Shown: positions 8,577 to 21,175, counted from the first letter of the stretch. The stretch is 64,000 nucleotides of DNA from Candidatus Geohabitans tengchongensis (GCA_031459625.1 JAVKIH010000002.1:272528-336527), one strand, 5' to 3'. Numbers and translations are program-made. The notes: generated from the letters alone by a model not told the origin.

Positions 8577-10219
8577 TATGCCCGCACGATACCATGCCCG
8601 GCGGGATAGTGGCCGGGGATCGTCACCGGCAGGCGTCCCCGCGGCGCCACGCGGCCGGTGAGCACGCGCGCGGCGGCCTCCAGCGTCGCCTGCCACCCGT
8701 AGGTGGCCAGGTAGGTCGGCGCCTCGGGGAGGGCGAGGAGGTCGTAGGGCGTCCCCGCGGCCACCACCAGGGCGGGTCTGCCCGCCGCCAGGGCGCGGTG
8801 CGCCACGGCCGTCTGCCAGGGATCGGGGCGGCCGCGGCTGGTGGTGACGACCACCACCACCTCCCCCGCCGCCACCTCGCCGTCCCAGGGCGCCCCCGCG
8901 GGGAGCACGACCTCGGTGACGGTGCGCCCGCACGCCTGCAGGGCGGCGCCCAGCGACGGGGAGGGGACGCGCTGGGCCAGGTCGCCGGGATCGCTGCGCG
9001 GCGGTGGCGGGAGGAGCGTGAGCACCCGCAGCGGTGCTGGCGGCAGGGGGACGAGCCCGGCGTCGTCGCGCACCACCGTCACCGCCCGGTCGGCGATGGC
9101 GGCCACGGTCTGCTGCCGCGCGGGGTCGGCGAGCACGGCCTCCACGTCCCCGCCCGATCCGACCGCCCCGGCTCCCGATCCGGCCGCGCCGGCCTCAGAC
9201 CCGTCCGCGGCGATCCCGCGCCGCGTCGGCGCGACCAGGCGGCGCAGCCGCCTGAGCCGCGCATGCGAGGCCTCTAGCCGCTCGCGCGTGAGCACGCCCG
9301 CCTCCACCGCGTCGGCCACCGCGCGCAGCACCGCCTCCTGGACCGCCGGCCCGCCGCAGGCGAGCAGCAGGTCGGCACCGGCCCCAAGCGCCTGCACGGC
9401 GGCCGGACCGACCCCCATCCCCTCGGCGATGGGGGCCATGGCCAGGGAGTCGGTGACGATCACCCCGTCGAATCCCCACCGGCGGCGCAGCAGTCCGTCC
9501 AGCACCGCGGGGGAGAGCGTGGCGGGGAGCCGCCCCGCGTCGGCGGCGAAGGCCACGTGGGCCGTCATGAGGGCCGGGAGGCCCTCGGCGACCAGCGCGC
9601 GGAAGGGGACGAACTCCACCGCCTCGAGGCGGTCCTGCGGGTGGGGGATCACCGGCAGCGCCTCGTGGGAGTCCACGTCGGTGTCGCCGTGCCCCGGGAA
9701 GTGCTTGCCCGTCGGCACCACTCCTTCGGCCAGGAGGCCGCGGGCGAAGGCCCCCGCCAGGCGCGCGACCAGGGCCGGGTCGTCGCCGTAGGCGCGGATG
9801 CCGATCACCGGGTTGCGCAGGTTGGTGTTCACGTCCAGCACCGGGGCAAAGTCCACGTTCACCCCGGCGGCGCGCAGGACGCGACCGGTGAGCCGCCCGG
9901 CCGCCAGGGCCAGGTCGGGGTCCCCGGTAGCCCCCAGGGCCATGGCGCTCGGCAGCCCCACCGGCAGGCGCTCCACCGGGCCCCCTTCCTGGTCGGCGGC
10001 GATGAGCAGCGGCGGCAACCCCGCCCGGGCGGCCAGCGCCTGCAGGGCGGCGCACAGCCGGGCCACCTGAGCGGGGTGCTGCACGTTCTTGCGGAAGAGG
10101 ATGACCCCGCCGAGCCCGTGGGCGGCCACGAGCTGACGCAGCCACGGGGTGGGCTCGGGGCCGTCGAAGTCGGCCATGAGGAGCTGGCCCATCAGCGGGC
10201 CGGTGGGGAGGACGCGCAA
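8576..10219 (-). CDS. nagZ: GH3 beta-N-acetylhexosaminidase
   Basis: ADQEGG, FAPVLDVN, KHFPGHGDTDVDSH, VTDSLAM, GH3 C-terminal domain. Confidence 0.9.
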   Translation of the reverse strand: MRVLPTGPLMGQLLMADFDGPEPTPWLRQLVAAHGLGGVILFRKNVQHPAQVARLCAALQALAARAGLPPLLIAADQEGGPVERLPVGLPSAMALGATGDPDLALAAGRLTGRVLRAAGVNVDFAPVLDVNTNLRNPVIGIRAYGDDPALVARLAGAFARGLLAEGVVPTGKHFPGHGDTDVDSHEALPVIPHPQDRLEAVEFVPFRALVAEGLPALMTAHVAFAADAGRLPATLSPAVLDGLLRRRWGFDGVIVTDSLAMAPIAEGMGVGPAAVQALGAGADLLLACGGPAVQEAVLRAVADAVEAGVLTRERLEASHARLRRLRRLVAPTRRGIAADGSEAGAAGSGAGAVGSGGDVEAVLADPARQQTVAAIADRAVTVVRDDAGLVPLPPAPLRVLTLLPPPPRSDPGDLAQRVPSPSLGAALQACGRTVTEVVLPAGAPWDGEVAAGEVVVVVTTSRGRPDPWQTAVAHRALAAGRPALVVAAGTPYDLLALPEAPTYLATYGWQATLEAAARVLTGRVAPRGRLPVTIPGHYPAGHGIVRA

Positions 10220-10261
10220 GGGGTCAGCCGTGGGGCGGACGCGTCGGGCCGACGGCGGGGA

Positions 10262-11500
10262 TCAGGTGCGCAGTTCGGTGAGGGTGACCGTCACCGTCAG
10301 GCGGCGGCCATCCCGCACGACCTCCACGCGCACGCGGTCGCCCGGCTTGTAGTCGAAGAGGGTGCGGCGCAGCTCGTTGATGTTCTCGATGCGCCGGCCG
10401 TTGATGGCCACGATGATGTCGCCGGGCCGGATGCCGGCGGCGGCGGCCGGGCCGCCCGGCGGGACGTCCGCCACGAGCACCCCGTAGTCCACCGGGAGGT
10501 TGTAGGCCCGGGCGATCTGCGGGTCGATCTCCCCGCCCAGGATGATGCCCAGGGCCGGACGGACCACCCGTCCCTGGGTGATCAACTGGCGCATGATCGC
10601 CTGGGCGATGTCCACCGGGATGGCGAAGCCGATCCCCTGGGCCTCGCGGACGATGGCGGTGTTGATGCCGATGAGCCGCCCGCTGCTGTCCACGAGCGCC
10701 CCGCCGCTGTTGCCGGGGTTGATGGCCGCGTCTGTCTGGATCAGGCTCTCCACGACGAAGTTCGGGCTGATCTGGATCGACCGGTTGAGGGCGCTGACCA
10801 CCCCCACCGTCACGCTACTGCCCAGCCCGAAGGGGTTGCCGATGGCGATGGCCAGCTGCCCCACCTTGATCGTGCGGCTGGTGCCCATCTGGACCACGGG
10901 GAGCTGACGCTGGCCGTCCACCTTGATCACGGCCAGGTCGGTGAAGGGGTCGGCACCCACGACGCGACCGCGCAGCTCCTGCCCGCTCACCAGCGTGACG
11001 GTGATCTCCTGGGCCCCCTGGATGACGTGGTGGTTGGTGAGGATGAGCCCGTCGGACCGCACGATCACCCCGGAGCCTGCCCCTTCCTGCGGGTAGACCC
11101 CGAAGAAGGTGGGGACCTGGGCGCGGGTGTTGATGTTCACCACGGCCGGCCGCACCATCTCCACCACGCGCACGATGGTGGCCTCCATGTTGGCGCCGCC
11201 GGGCGGCGCGGGCGCCGGAGCGGCCATCGGCGGGACAGGCGGTGCCACGCCGGGTGCGCTGCCACCGGGCGCGACGCCGCCAGGTGCGACACCGCCAGGT
11301 GCAGAGCCGCCAGGTGCGGTACCGCCGGGTGCGGCCTGCCCGGGCGCGGAGGCGCGCCCGCGCGCCTCCACCAGCCCAGGGAAGTAGCGCGGCAGGTACG
11401 TGGCGCCGAGCGCTGCTCCGGCGGCGACGGCCACGAGCAGCACCAGGACGATGAACGTGAAGCCCGGCGCAGGGCGCCGGGGACGCGTGGTGAGGCTCAT
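10262..11500 (-). CDS. htrA: HtrA/DegP-like membrane-anchored serine protease with one PDZ domain
   Basis: TM helix, GSGVIV..LTNHHV, DLAVIK, IQTDAAINPGNSGG, PDZ; GGAGG SD precedes ATG 11500. Confidence 0.92.
   Translation of the reverse strand: MSLTTRPRRPAPGFTFIVLVLLVAVAAGAALGATYLPRYFPGLVEARGRASAPGQAAPGGTAPGGSAPGGVAPGGVAPGGSAPGVAPPVPPMAAPAPAPPGGANMEATIVRVVEMVRPAVVNINTRAQVPTFFGVYPQEGAGSGVIVRSDGLILTNHHVIQGAQEITVTLVSGQELRGRVVGADPFTDLAVIKVDGQRQLPVVQMGTSRTIKVGQLAIAIGNPFGLGSSVTVGVVSALNRSIQISPNFVVESLIQTDAAINPGNSGGALVDSSGRLIGINTAIVREAQGIGFAIPVDIAQAIMRQLITQGRVVRPALGIILGGEIDPQIARAYNLPVDYGVLVADVPPGGPAAAAGIRPGDIIVAINGRRIENINELRRTLFDYKPGDRVRVEVVRDGRRLTVTVTLTELRT
11241..11347 (-). repeat. 15-bp tandem repeat encoding about seven APGGx units in the HtrA linker
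   Basis: APGQA APGGT APGGS APGGV APGGV APGGS APGV. Confidence 0.85.
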
Positions 11501-11599
11501 GCGCTCGACCTCCGTTCCCCCATTATATCCCTCTATCCCCACCCCAGGGCGTCGCCAGCCACACCCGCGCGGTCGGCGATGGTATAATCGCCACGCGCT
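11501..11599. promoter_or_regulatory. Divergent promoter region htrA/accD
   Basis: Minus-strand TATAAT at 11522-11527; plus-strand extended -10 TGgTATAAT at 11580-11588. Confidence 0.6.
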
Positions 11600-12451
11600 A
11601 TGGCTCCCTGGCTGCGTCGGCCAAAGTACGCTTCCCTCCAGCGCAGGGACATGCCCGCCGGCCTGTGGGCGAAGTGCGCGCGCTGCCGCCAGCTGGTCTA
11701 CCAGAAGGAGCTCGACCGCCACCTGCAGGTGTGTCCGCGCTGCGGCTATCACCACCGGCTGGGCGCGCGGGAGCGCATCGCCCTCACCCTCGATGCCGGG
11801 AGCTTCACCGAGTTCGACGCGGAGCTGACCTCCAGGGATCCGCTCCAGTTCCCCGACTACGCGGCGAAGCTGGCGGAGGCCCGGCGGCGGACGGGGCTGG
11901 CCGAAGCGGCCGTGGCGGGGGTGGGGGCGGTCGACGGGCAGCGCACCGTGGTCGTGGCCCTGGACTTCTTCTTCATGGGCGGCTCCATGGGGTCGGCGGT
12001 GGGCGAGAAGGTGGCCCGCGCCGCCGAGCGCGCCCTGGCCGAGCGGCTGCCCCTCGTCGCCTTCTGCGCCTCGGGCGGGGCCCGCATGCAGGAGGGGGCG
12101 CTCTCGCTGATGCAGCTGGCCAAGACGAGCGCGGCCATCGCCCGGCTGCACGAGGCCGGGCTCCCCTACCTCTCCGTGCTGTGCGACCCCACCACCGGCG
12201 GCGTGGCCGCCTCCTTTGCCTTTCAGGGCGACGTCATCCTGGCCGAGCCCGGAGCGCTCATCGGCTTCGCCGGCCGCCGCGTCATCGAGCAGACCATCCG
12301 CCGCAAGCTGCCCGAGACCTTCCAGACCGCCGAGTTCTGCCTGGAGCACGGGATGATCGACATGATCGTCCCGCGCGCCGAGCTGCGCGGGCGGCTGGGC
12401 CTGCTGCTGCGCACCTTCGGCGCCTCGCGTCCCGTCCCGGTCCCGGTATGA
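11600..12451 (+). CDS. accD: Acetyl-CoA carboxylase carboxyltransferase beta subunit
   Basis: Zn ribbon LWAKCARC..CPRC, FMGGSMGS, SGGARMQEG, PTTGGV. Confidence 0.97.
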   Translation: MAPWLRRPKYASLQRRDMPAGLWAKCARCRQLVYQKELDRHLQVCPRCGYHHRLGARERIALTLDAGSFTEFDAELTSRDPLQFPDYAAKLAEARRRTGLAEAAVAGVGAVDGQRTVVVALDFFFMGGSMGSAVGEKVARAAERALAERLPLVAFCASGGARMQEGALSLMQLAKTSAAIARLHEAGLPYLSVLCDPTTGGVAASFAFQGDVILAEPGALIGFAGRRVIEQTIRRKLPETFQTAEFCLEHGMIDMIVPRAELRGRLGLLLRTFGASRPVPVPV

Positions 12452-13332
12452 CCCTGCCGCTCGACGCCACCAGCCCCGCGCCCGGGGACGCGGCGCACCC
12501 GCCGGGCGCCCCGGCGGTCGTGCGCCCCTCCGCCTGGGAGGTCGTGCAGCTGGCACGCCACGCCCAGCGTCCCAAGGCCCCCGACGTCGTGCGCGCCCTC
12601 CTCACCGACCTGGTGGAGGTGCACGGCGACCGCGCGTACCGCGACGACCCGGCCATGCTGGCGGGGTTCGGCTGGTTCGACGGGCAGCCGGTGGCCGTGG
12701 TGGCCCCGCGCAAGGGCCGCGACACCCGCGAGAACCTGGCGTTCAACTTCGGGATGCCCAACCCGGAGGGGTACCGCAAGGCCATCCGGGTGATGCGGCT
12801 CGCGGAGAAGTTCGGCCTCCCCCTGCTGAGCGTCGTCGACACCCCGGCCGCCTTCCCCGGCGACGAGGCGGAGATGCGCGGCCAGGCCGAGGCGATCGCC
12901 CGGGCCATCCAGACGATGACCCGCCTGCGCGTCCCCATCGTGGTGGTGATCACCGGGGAAGGCGGCAGCGGCGGGGCGCTGGCCATCGCCGTGGGCGACG
13001 TGGTGCTCATGCTGGAGTACGCGACCTACACCGTCATCCCGCCCGAAGGGTGCGCGGCCATCCTCTGGCGCGACGCCGCCCGCGCCCGGGAGGCGGCGGA
13101 GGCGCTGCACCTCACCGCCCCCGACCTGCTCCGCCTGGGGGTGATCGACGAGATCGTCCCCGAACCCCCCGGCGGCGCGCACCTCGATCCCGATGCTGCC
13201 ATCGCGTCGGTACGCGCGGCCGTGGCGCGCCACCTGCGCGCGCTGCGCGGCATCGACCCGGCGGCCTTGCTGGCCCGCCGCTACGAGAAGTACCGCCGCA
13301 TGGGGCAGGTGCTGGTCGAGGGCGATGGCTGA
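12448..13332 (+). CDS. accA: Acetyl-CoA carboxylase carboxyltransferase alpha subunit
   Basis: [40 protein letters not shown] overlap with accD. Confidence 0.95.
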   Translation: MTLPLDATSPAPGDAAHPPGAPAVVRPSAWEVVQLARHAQRPKAPDVVRALLTDLVEVHGDRAYRDDPAMLAGFGWFDGQPVAVVAPRKGRDTRENLAFNFGMPNPEGYRKAIRVMRLAEKFGLPLLSVVDTPAAFPGDEAEMRGQAEAIARAIQTMTRLRVPIVVVITGEGGSGGALAIAVGDVVLMLEYATYTVIPPEGCAAILWRDAARAREAAEALHLTAPDLLRLGVIDEIVPEPPGGAHLDPDAAIASVRAAVARHLRALRGIDPAALLARRYEKYRRMGQVLVEGDG

Positions 13333-13906
13333 GACGCCCGGTCCCGACCTCGAGGTGGTGCGGGCGCTCATCCGCCTGGCCGAGGAAGCCGACCTGCGCG
13401 AGCTGGTCGTGGAGGCGGGCGGCGTGCGCGTGCGCATCCGGCGGGGTGTCGCGGCCCGGCGGCCGGGAGCGGCGGCCGGGCCCGCGGCGGCCAGGGGGGC
13501 GGCCGGGCCCGCGGCGGTCAGGTCCGCGGCGGCCCGGTCCGCGGCGGCCCCGGAGGAGGTCCCGGCCCCGTACGCCGCCTTCGGTGAGGGGCTGGAGGAG
13601 CCGTTCGCACCGGCGGGTCCTGCGGGCGAGGGCGAGGACCGCCTGGCCGAGACCGACCACCTGCGCCCCATCACCGCGCCCATGGTCGGCACCTTCTACC
13701 GCGCGCCGGCACCGGACGCCCCGCCCTTCGTGAACGAGGGCGACGTGGTGCAGCCGGGCCAGACGGTCTGCATCATCGAGGCGATGAAGCTCTTTAACGA
13801 AATCCAGAGCGAGGTGGCCGGCCGGGTGGCCCGCATCCTGGTGGAGAACGGCAGCCCGGTGGAGTACGGCCAGCCGCTCATCCTCATCGAACCCGCCTCC
13901 GGCTGA
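13325..13906 (+). CDS. accB: Biotin carboxyl carrier protein
   Basis: [26 protein letters not shown]; Ala-rich repetitive linker. Confidence 0.95.
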   Translation: MAETPGPDLEVVRALIRLAEEADLRELVVEAGGVRVRIRRGVAARRPGAAAGPAAARGAAGPAAVRSAAARSAAAPEEVPAPYAAFGEGLEEPFAPAGPAGEGEDRLAETDHLRPITAPMVGTFYRAPAPDAPPFVNEGDVVQPGQTVCIIEAMKLFNEIQSEVAGRVARILVENGSPVEYGQPLILIEPASG

Positions 13907-13909
13907 ACC

Positions 13910-15258
<1,349 letters not shown>

Positions 15259-15262
<4 letters not shown>

Positions 15263-17193
15263 CCGCGGGTGGCGCGCCTGGCTGGCCCGGTCCAGCCAGG
15301 GCCGCGCGATCCCCCGGACGGCGGATGGGCCGGTGCCCGATCCCGCAAGTACAGGTCGAACCACTCGAGCATGTCCAGCAGCATGTGCCGCACGTTGGCC
15401 GGAGAGAGCACGTAGTAGGTCTCATTCGGGTAGACCTTGTACTGGAACGTCTTGTACGCGCGTTCCAGCGCCCGGGCGAACTCCAGGCCCGCGTCGCTCC
15501 ACGGCCACTTGCCCTCGCCATGGAGGACGAAGCACGGGGTCGTGGCCCGCGCCACCTGGTAGATCGGCGAGCAGCGGTAGTAGACCTCCTCGTTGCCTTC
15601 CAGCGGGCCGCCAAACTCGTACTCCAGCAGCTTGACGTGGCGCAGCTCGAGGTCGTGATAATGGCGGACCCAGTTGGCATAGCCGGAACAGACCACGGCC
15701 GCCTGGAACTCCTCCGGCGCGAAGCAGACCGCCGACATCGTCAGGCAGCCGCCGTAGCTGGTTCCGGTGATCCCCGTGTGGTGGGGATCCACCTCCGGCA
15801 GCGTGGCCAGGAAGCGCTTGCCGGCAATGGCATCACGGAGATCGCCGCCGCCCCAGTCTCTGTTGTTCAGGTCTTCGAAGGCGCGCCCGTACCCGGAGCT
15901 GCCCCGGACGTTGGGGAGGAGCACCGTGTACCCGTGCATGGCAAAGAACTGGACCGACGGCTGGAAGGTGTCCAGGAACTGGGACGTGGGCCCGCCGTGG
16001 AGCCAGAGCAGGCCCGGGCTGCGCTCCCCCGGCATCAGGCCGCGGCCCCGGTACAGATACGCCGTAATCGTCAGGCCGTCGTCGGCGGCGTAGTGAACCT
16101 TCTCCGGGCGCACCAGGGCGGAAGCGGCCCACGGGGGCAGGGACGCCGTCAGGGCGCGCGTCCGGCCGGTTTCCACGTCGACCACCCAGAGGTCCTGAGG
16201 CGCGGTGGTCGTCTGGAACAGGTAGCAGATCTGGCGCCCGTCGGGGGACCACTGCGGGAAGGCACAGACCCCGTCCTCGGGGTCCACGAGCACCCGCGGC
16301 TCGCCGCCGGAGACCGGCGCGACCCGCAGCTGGAGCGTCCCGTCGTGGTTCTCGACGTAGGCGACGAACCGCCCATCCGGCGACCAGGCGGCCTCCCCCT
16401 GGTCCGCCGCCGCCGGCGCCACCGCCCGCAGGTCGCCGCCGTCGATCGGGACGATGTAGAAGTTGAACCAGCCTGACCGCTGCGACCGGATCAGCAGGTG
16501 CCTCCCGTCCGGCGAGGGCAGCGGCGTGCCGAACGTCCGACCGTAGTGGTAGTCGAACATGTCGGTGTCGCGCACCACCACCCGCGCGTTGCCGCCGTCG
16601 AGGTCGATGAGGATGACGTCGTGGTCGGTCCAGGCCTCGTTGAGGCGGACGAACACGATGTGCTGGCCGTCGGGCAGGAAGGCCGGGTACACCTCGTACC
16701 GGGGATCGGAGGTGAGTCGGACGGCCTCGCCCGAGGGGACGGCCACCCGGTAGATGTCGTACTGGCCGTACCGGTTCCCCGAGAGCACGAGGCTGCGGCC
16801 GTCGGGGGCCCACCGGAACGCCTCGATGGCGCCGCCCAGGCGCGTCAATCGCTGATCCGGCCCGCGGAGACTCCAGAGCCAGATTTCCGGCGTGCCGCTC
16901 TTGGCCGAGATGTAGGCGACGTACTCGCCCGTCGGCGACCACTGCGGCATCCGCGCACCCAGGAACGGGATCTCGCCCATCCCGGTTGTCAACCGTACCG
17001 GGGCGCCGCCGGACGGTGAGACGCTCCACAGTTCGGGTTCGCCCGCCATCGCCGAGACGAAGAGGATGGCCGACCCGTCCGGCGCCCACTGCGGAGGTTC
17101 GGGCAACGCGGCCGGGCGGATGGCCAGGAGCTGATCGAGGCTCAACGTCGGCAGGACATCCGTCACGCGGGGAACACCAGTCCTCTGATGCAT
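15259..17193 (-). CDS. S9 (prolyl oligopeptidase-like) hydrolase with TolB/PD40 beta-propeller and atypical catalytic motifs
   Basis: Repeated PQWSPDG motifs, [13 protein letters not shown] and nucleophile GTSYGG; C-terminal HGEGK and YPNETYY replace the usual Asp/His motifs. Confidence 0.88.
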
Positions 17194-17239
17194 CGCAACC
17201 TCCTCCCCTCCTCCGGCCCGGGCAGGCTCGGAGCCGCCG

Positions 17240-18559
17240 TCACCGCCCGGCCGCCTCCGGCAGGCCTACCGGAGCCCCCACCGTCCCACGCACGAAGCCC
17301 AGCAGGAGGAGTACCTCCACCCCCTGGGCGAGGACCATCGCCCATGCCGCCACCAGGATGCCCGGCCCCCCTGCCAGCGCTCCCAGGGTGAGCACGATCC
17401 CCAGGACGACCAGGTGGGCGGCCATGGCCTGCTGGACCCGACCGGTGCGATGGGCGGCGATCAGGGCACCCCGGTAGAGGTTGCGCAGCCCGAGCAGCCA
17501 CGGCAGCGCCACCATCGTGCGCAGACCCGCTACGGTGGCGTCGCGCAGCGGAGGGGACAGGCTGATGATCCGGCCCACGTAGAGGTCCACCAGGGGGGTG
17601 AAGGCCACCAGCGCCAGGACGGCGGTACACCCGAGCCCGGTCCACAGCACGAAGCGGGTGACCACCGCGGGGCCTCCGGCGCGCTCCTGGACGGCGACCA
17701 CCATCTCCTGAAACGCCATCACGCCCGCCGCGACGAGGTGCATGAACCCGTTGGCCACGGGCCAGGCCGCCAGGGAGACACCCGGCAGCGCGGCACGGGC
17801 GATCCCCGCGGTGACCATGGGGCGGGCGATCACGCGCATGAGGTCGGTGGCCGCCAGCGGCAGGCAAAAGCGCACGATCGCTGCACTGGTCAGCCCACCG
17901 GAGGGCCCCGGGGGCAGCTGACGCACCCGGGGCAGAGCCCACAGGGTGATGATCACCGCCTCGACCACTACGCTCGCCGACAGGGCGATGGCACCCATCG
18001 TCGCCCCGGGCAGCCTCGCCGCCACGCCCAGGAGGACGGTCCCGGTGAGGGCGGCCAGCCGGCTCAGCGTGCCGTAGCCGATCAGACGGGGCGCGTTGGC
18101 CAGCAGCAGCGGGCCCTGGTAGAACCGGCGCCAGGCGATTGCCGGCACCCAGGGGAGCAACCACCGCAGGGCCGGCTTGGCCTCCGCCAGCACCGCGGGC
18201 GGGACCCCGATGAGGCCGGCGAGGACGACGTCGGACAGCCGGGTGAACGCCACGACAGTGAACAGCGCCGTGAGCGCGCCGGCCCAGATGAGCATGAACC
18301 GGCGCAAGAGGCGGTAGGCGGCCTGCGTCCGCGTCAGGGCCACCGAGGCCGAGAAGAGCATGATGATCGGGCTCTCGATCAGGACAGCCAGGTCGAGGGT
18401 GACGCCGAAAGCCGCCAGGTGCACGTCCGGGTGGCCCAGCCGGCTGATGCCGGCCGCCACCACCGGCTGCGCGACAGCCATCATGAGCCAGGACAGCGCC
18501 AGGGGGAGCCAGTACGCCACCAGGCGCGCCGTCGGCCACGAGGGTGCCGCGTCTGCCAT
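17240..18559 (-). CDS. MATE/MOP-superfamily (ANKH-like) membrane transporter
   Basis: Many TM helices in two repeats (YWLPLALSWLMM..AGISR / FCLPLAATDLM..AGIAR); start ATG 18559. Confidence 0.65.
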   Translation of the reverse strand: MADAAPSWPTARLVAYWLPLALSWLMMAVAQPVVAAGISRLGHPDVHLAAFGVTLDLAVLIESPIIMLFSASVALTRTQAAYRLLRRFMLIWAGALTALFTVVAFTRLSDVVLAGLIGVPPAVLAEAKPALRWLLPWVPAIAWRRFYQGPLLLANAPRLIGYGTLSRLAALTGTVLLGVAARLPGATMGAIALSASVVVEAVIITLWALPRVRQLPPGPSGGLTSAAIVRFCLPLAATDLMRVIARPMVTAGIARAALPGVSLAAWPVANGFMHLVAAGVMAFQEMVVAVQERAGGPAVVTRFVLWTGLGCTAVLALVAFTPLVDLYVGRIISLSPPLRDATVAGLRTMVALPWLLGLRNLYRGALIAAHRTGRVQQAMAAHLVVLGIVLTLGALAGGPGILVAAWAMVLAQGVEVLLLLGFVRGTVGAPVGLPEAAGR

Positions 18560-19485
18560 CAGTCGTAGCGGATGCGTGGGTCGAGGTAGCCGTAGAGCAG
18601 GTCGACGGCCAGGTTGACCACGACGTAGACCGTGGCGATGAAGAGCACCCCGCCCTGGACGACGGGGAAGTCCCGGCTCTGGATGCCCTGGAGCAGCAGC
18701 AGCCCCAGGCCCCGGCGAGCGAACACCGACTCGACGATCACCGTCCCGGCCAGGAGCCCGCCGAACTGGAGCCCGACGATGGTCACCACGGGGATGAGGG
18801 CATTCCGCAGCGCGTGGTGCGTAATCACGCTCCACGGCCTCAACCCCTTCGCCCGGGCGGTGCGCACGTAATCCTCCTGGAACACCTCCACCAGGCTGCT
18901 GCGGACCATGCGGGCAATGATCGCGGCCGCGCCAAACCCCAGCGTCCCCGCCGGGAGGACCAGGCCCGCAAGGCCGGGCAGGCTCGTGACGGGCAGCACG
19001 CCCAACCAGATGGCGAAGACGTAGATGAGCAGGAAGCCCAGCCAGAAGGACGGCATCGACACCCCCAGCAGCGCCACGACCATCGTGAGGTTGTCCAGCA
19101 GCCGGCCGCGGTGGAGGGCGGCCAGGACCCCCAGGGTCGTTCCGAGCAGGATGGCGCACCCCATCGCCGCGACGGCGAGCTGGAGGGTCAGCGGGAACCG
19201 TTCCAGGATGAGATCGGTCACCGGGTGGTTGCCCCAGATCGACCGGCCGAGGTCGCCTCGCAGCAGGCGGAGGAGAAACCGGCCATACTGCACCGGCAGG
19301 GGCTCCTTGAGGCCCAACCGCTCCCGAACCGCCTCCACCTGCTCCGCCGTCGCCCCGCCGCTCTCCACGAACATCGCCAGCACGGGGTCCCCCGGGACGA
19401 AGTGCAGCATCGAGAAGGTGAACAGGGTGACCCCCAGCAGGACCGGGACGGCCGTCAGCGCACGCCGGAGGACGTACGTGGCCAT
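18559..19485 (-). CDS. Peptide/nickel ABC permease (DppB/OppB type)
   Basis: VPGDP, GDLGRS, EDYVRTARAKG, DPRIR. Confidence 0.93.
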   Translation of the reverse strand: MATYVLRRALTAVPVLLGVTLFTFSMLHFVPGDPVLAMFVESGGATAEQVEAVRERLGLKEPLPVQYGRFLLRLLRGDLGRSIWGNHPVTDLILERFPLTLQLAVAAMGCAILLGTTLGVLAALHRGRLLDNLTMVVALLGVSMPSFWLGFLLIYVFAIWLGVLPVTSLPGLAGLVLPAGTLGFGAAAIIARMVRSSLVEVFQEDYVRTARAKGLRPWSVITHHALRNALIPVVTIVGLQFGGLLAGTVIVESVFARRGLGLLLLQGIQSRDFPVVQGGVLFIATVYVVVNLAVDLLYGYLDPRIRYD

Positions 19486-19515
19486 GCGCGCCTCAGGCGC
19501 GGGGGCAGCCGGCGC

Positions 19516-21147
19516 CTACCGCAGCCGCGTGGGGTAGAAGTACGGAAATGCCACCTCGTTGAACGTCAAGTTCTCCACGGTGGTCCGCACGCCGAAGACG
19601 TAGTCCTCCTCCCACCCCATCACGCCGACGGCATTCACCAGGATGATGCGCATGGCCCCGATGAGGTTGCGCCACCGGGTCTCGGGATCGGCCGAGGCCA
19701 GGGCCGTGTCGAGCAGGCGGTCGAGCTCGGGGGAGGTGAAGCCGTACCAGTTGTAGACGGAACCGCTCCGGAAGAACGACGCCAGGATGCCGGCGCTCTC
19801 GTAGCCGGAGTCGCTGATGATGGTGGCGTCGAAGTCCCCCTTGCTGACGCTGCCGATCCAGAAGTTGAAGTCGCCGATGCGGAAGCGCAGCTCGATCCCG
19901 GCCTGGCGCAGCATCGCCTGCAGCGGCTCCGACTCGCGCACCGTGACGCCTTCGGGGATGACGTGTTCCAGCACCAGACGCTCCGTCCCCCGCACCCGGA
20001 TCCCGTCGGGGCCGGGCCGCCACCCGGCCTCCTCGAGCAGCTGCTTGGCGCGGTCAAGATTGTACTCATAGTCCACCGGCTGGAGCTGGCTCCGGTACAG
20101 GTTCCGGAAGGCCTGGGGGACCATGTTGATGGGGAGCGGCCCGAGCCCCGGACGCCCGGTGCCTCCCCACGTGGGCAGCCGCATGAGCAGGGGTCGGTTG
20201 ATCGCGTGGTTGATGGCCCGTCGCACCCGCAGGTCCGCAGTCGGGCCCCGTCGGGTGTTCAGCAGCAGCATGCGCGCCGTCCCCGCCTTCGGCACCAGCA
20301 CGATGCGCACGCCCGGTTTGCCCCGCAGCACGGCGATGTCCGGCGGGGTGACCTGCGCGCTGGTCGCCTGGCCGGTCTCCACGGCCGCCGCCCGGGTACC
20401 GGCCTCGGGGACCTGGCGGTAGATGACCCGTTCCACGAATGCCGGGCCGGTGTGGCCGAACACCCGCGCCCCCCAGCGGTAGTCCGGGTTCCGCTCCAGC
20501 ACGGCGTCACCCCCGCGCGCCCAGCTCACGAGCCGGAACGGCCCGGTGCCGACCAGCTCCCGTGCCCCGTAGTCGTCGCCCAGCCGGCGCAGGGCCGCCG
20601 GGGAGTCAATCCCCAACCCCCCGTCGCTGAGGTACGTGAGGAACCCCCCGTGGGGCTCCCGGAAGATGACGCGCACCGTGAACTCATCCACCACCTCGGT
20701 GCGAATGTACCGGGGCCCGCCCATGGCCAGGTAGCGGAACCCGCGCCGCGGTCGGTCGGGCGACATGGTCCACTCGAAGTTGAACCGGACCGCCTCCGCG
20801 TTGAACGGCGTCCCGTCGTGGAACCGGACCCCGCGGCGAAGGCGGAAGGTGTAGATCCGCCCGCCGGCGGTGATCTCCCACGACTCCGCCAGCCAGGGAT
20901 GGATCGTCCCGTCGGCGGGGTTCACCGCGACGAGGTTGTCCAGCACGTGGCGAGCCACCATGCGGCAGGGCGTGTTGTTGGACAGGTGCTGGTTCAGGGT
21001 GTCGGCACAGACGGTGGCCTGCGCGTGGATCAGGGTCCCGCGGGCATCCTGGGCCCGGCCCGCCACCCGCAGCCCCCCCACCAGGAGGACCGCCACCACC
21101 CCGGCCAGCGCCCACCGGCGCCCCAGGCGCCTGTGATCTGCCATCAC
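19516..21147 (-). CDS. Family 5 ABC substrate-binding protein
   Basis: PWLAESWE..YTFRLRRGVRFHDGTPFNAEAV, GTGPF, RVRRAINHAINR. Confidence 0.92.
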   Translation of the reverse strand: MMADHRRLGRRWALAGVVAVLLVGGLRVAGRAQDARGTLIHAQATVCADTLNQHLSNNTPCRMVARHVLDNLVAVNPADGTIHPWLAESWEITAGGRIYTFRLRRGVRFHDGTPFNAEAVRFNFEWTMSPDRPRRGFRYLAMGGPRYIRTEVVDEFTVRVIFREPHGGFLTYLSDGGLGIDSPAALRRLGDDYGARELVGTGPFRLVSWARGGDAVLERNPDYRWGARVFGHTGPAFVERVIYRQVPEAGTRAAAVETGQATSAQVTPPDIAVLRGKPGVRIVLVPKAGTARMLLLNTRRGPTADLRVRRAINHAINRPLLMRLPTWGGTGRPGLGPLPINMVPQAFRNLYRSQLQPVDYEYNLDRAKQLLEEAGWRPGPDGIRVRGTERLVLEHVIPEGVTVRESEPLQAMLRQAGIELRFRIGDFNFWIGSVSKGDFDATIISDSGYESAGILASFFRSGSVYNWYGFTSPELDRLLDTALASADPETRWRNLIGAMRIILVNAVGVMGWEEDYVFGVRTTVENLTFNEVAFPYFYPTRLR

Positions 21148-21175
21148 CTTCCACCTCCTCCGTCCGCTCCGGCGT

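Noticed and set aside
10262..12556. N-terminally extended ORF-track versions of htrA, argS, pmbA, the SPFH gene and the ligase as possible fusions
   Set aside because: The extensions overlap other real genes or are low complexity; better starts with an SD or translational coupling exist downstream.
13468..13552. GC-rich tandem repeats within accB
   Set aside because: They encode the ordinary Ala/Pro-rich BCCP linker.
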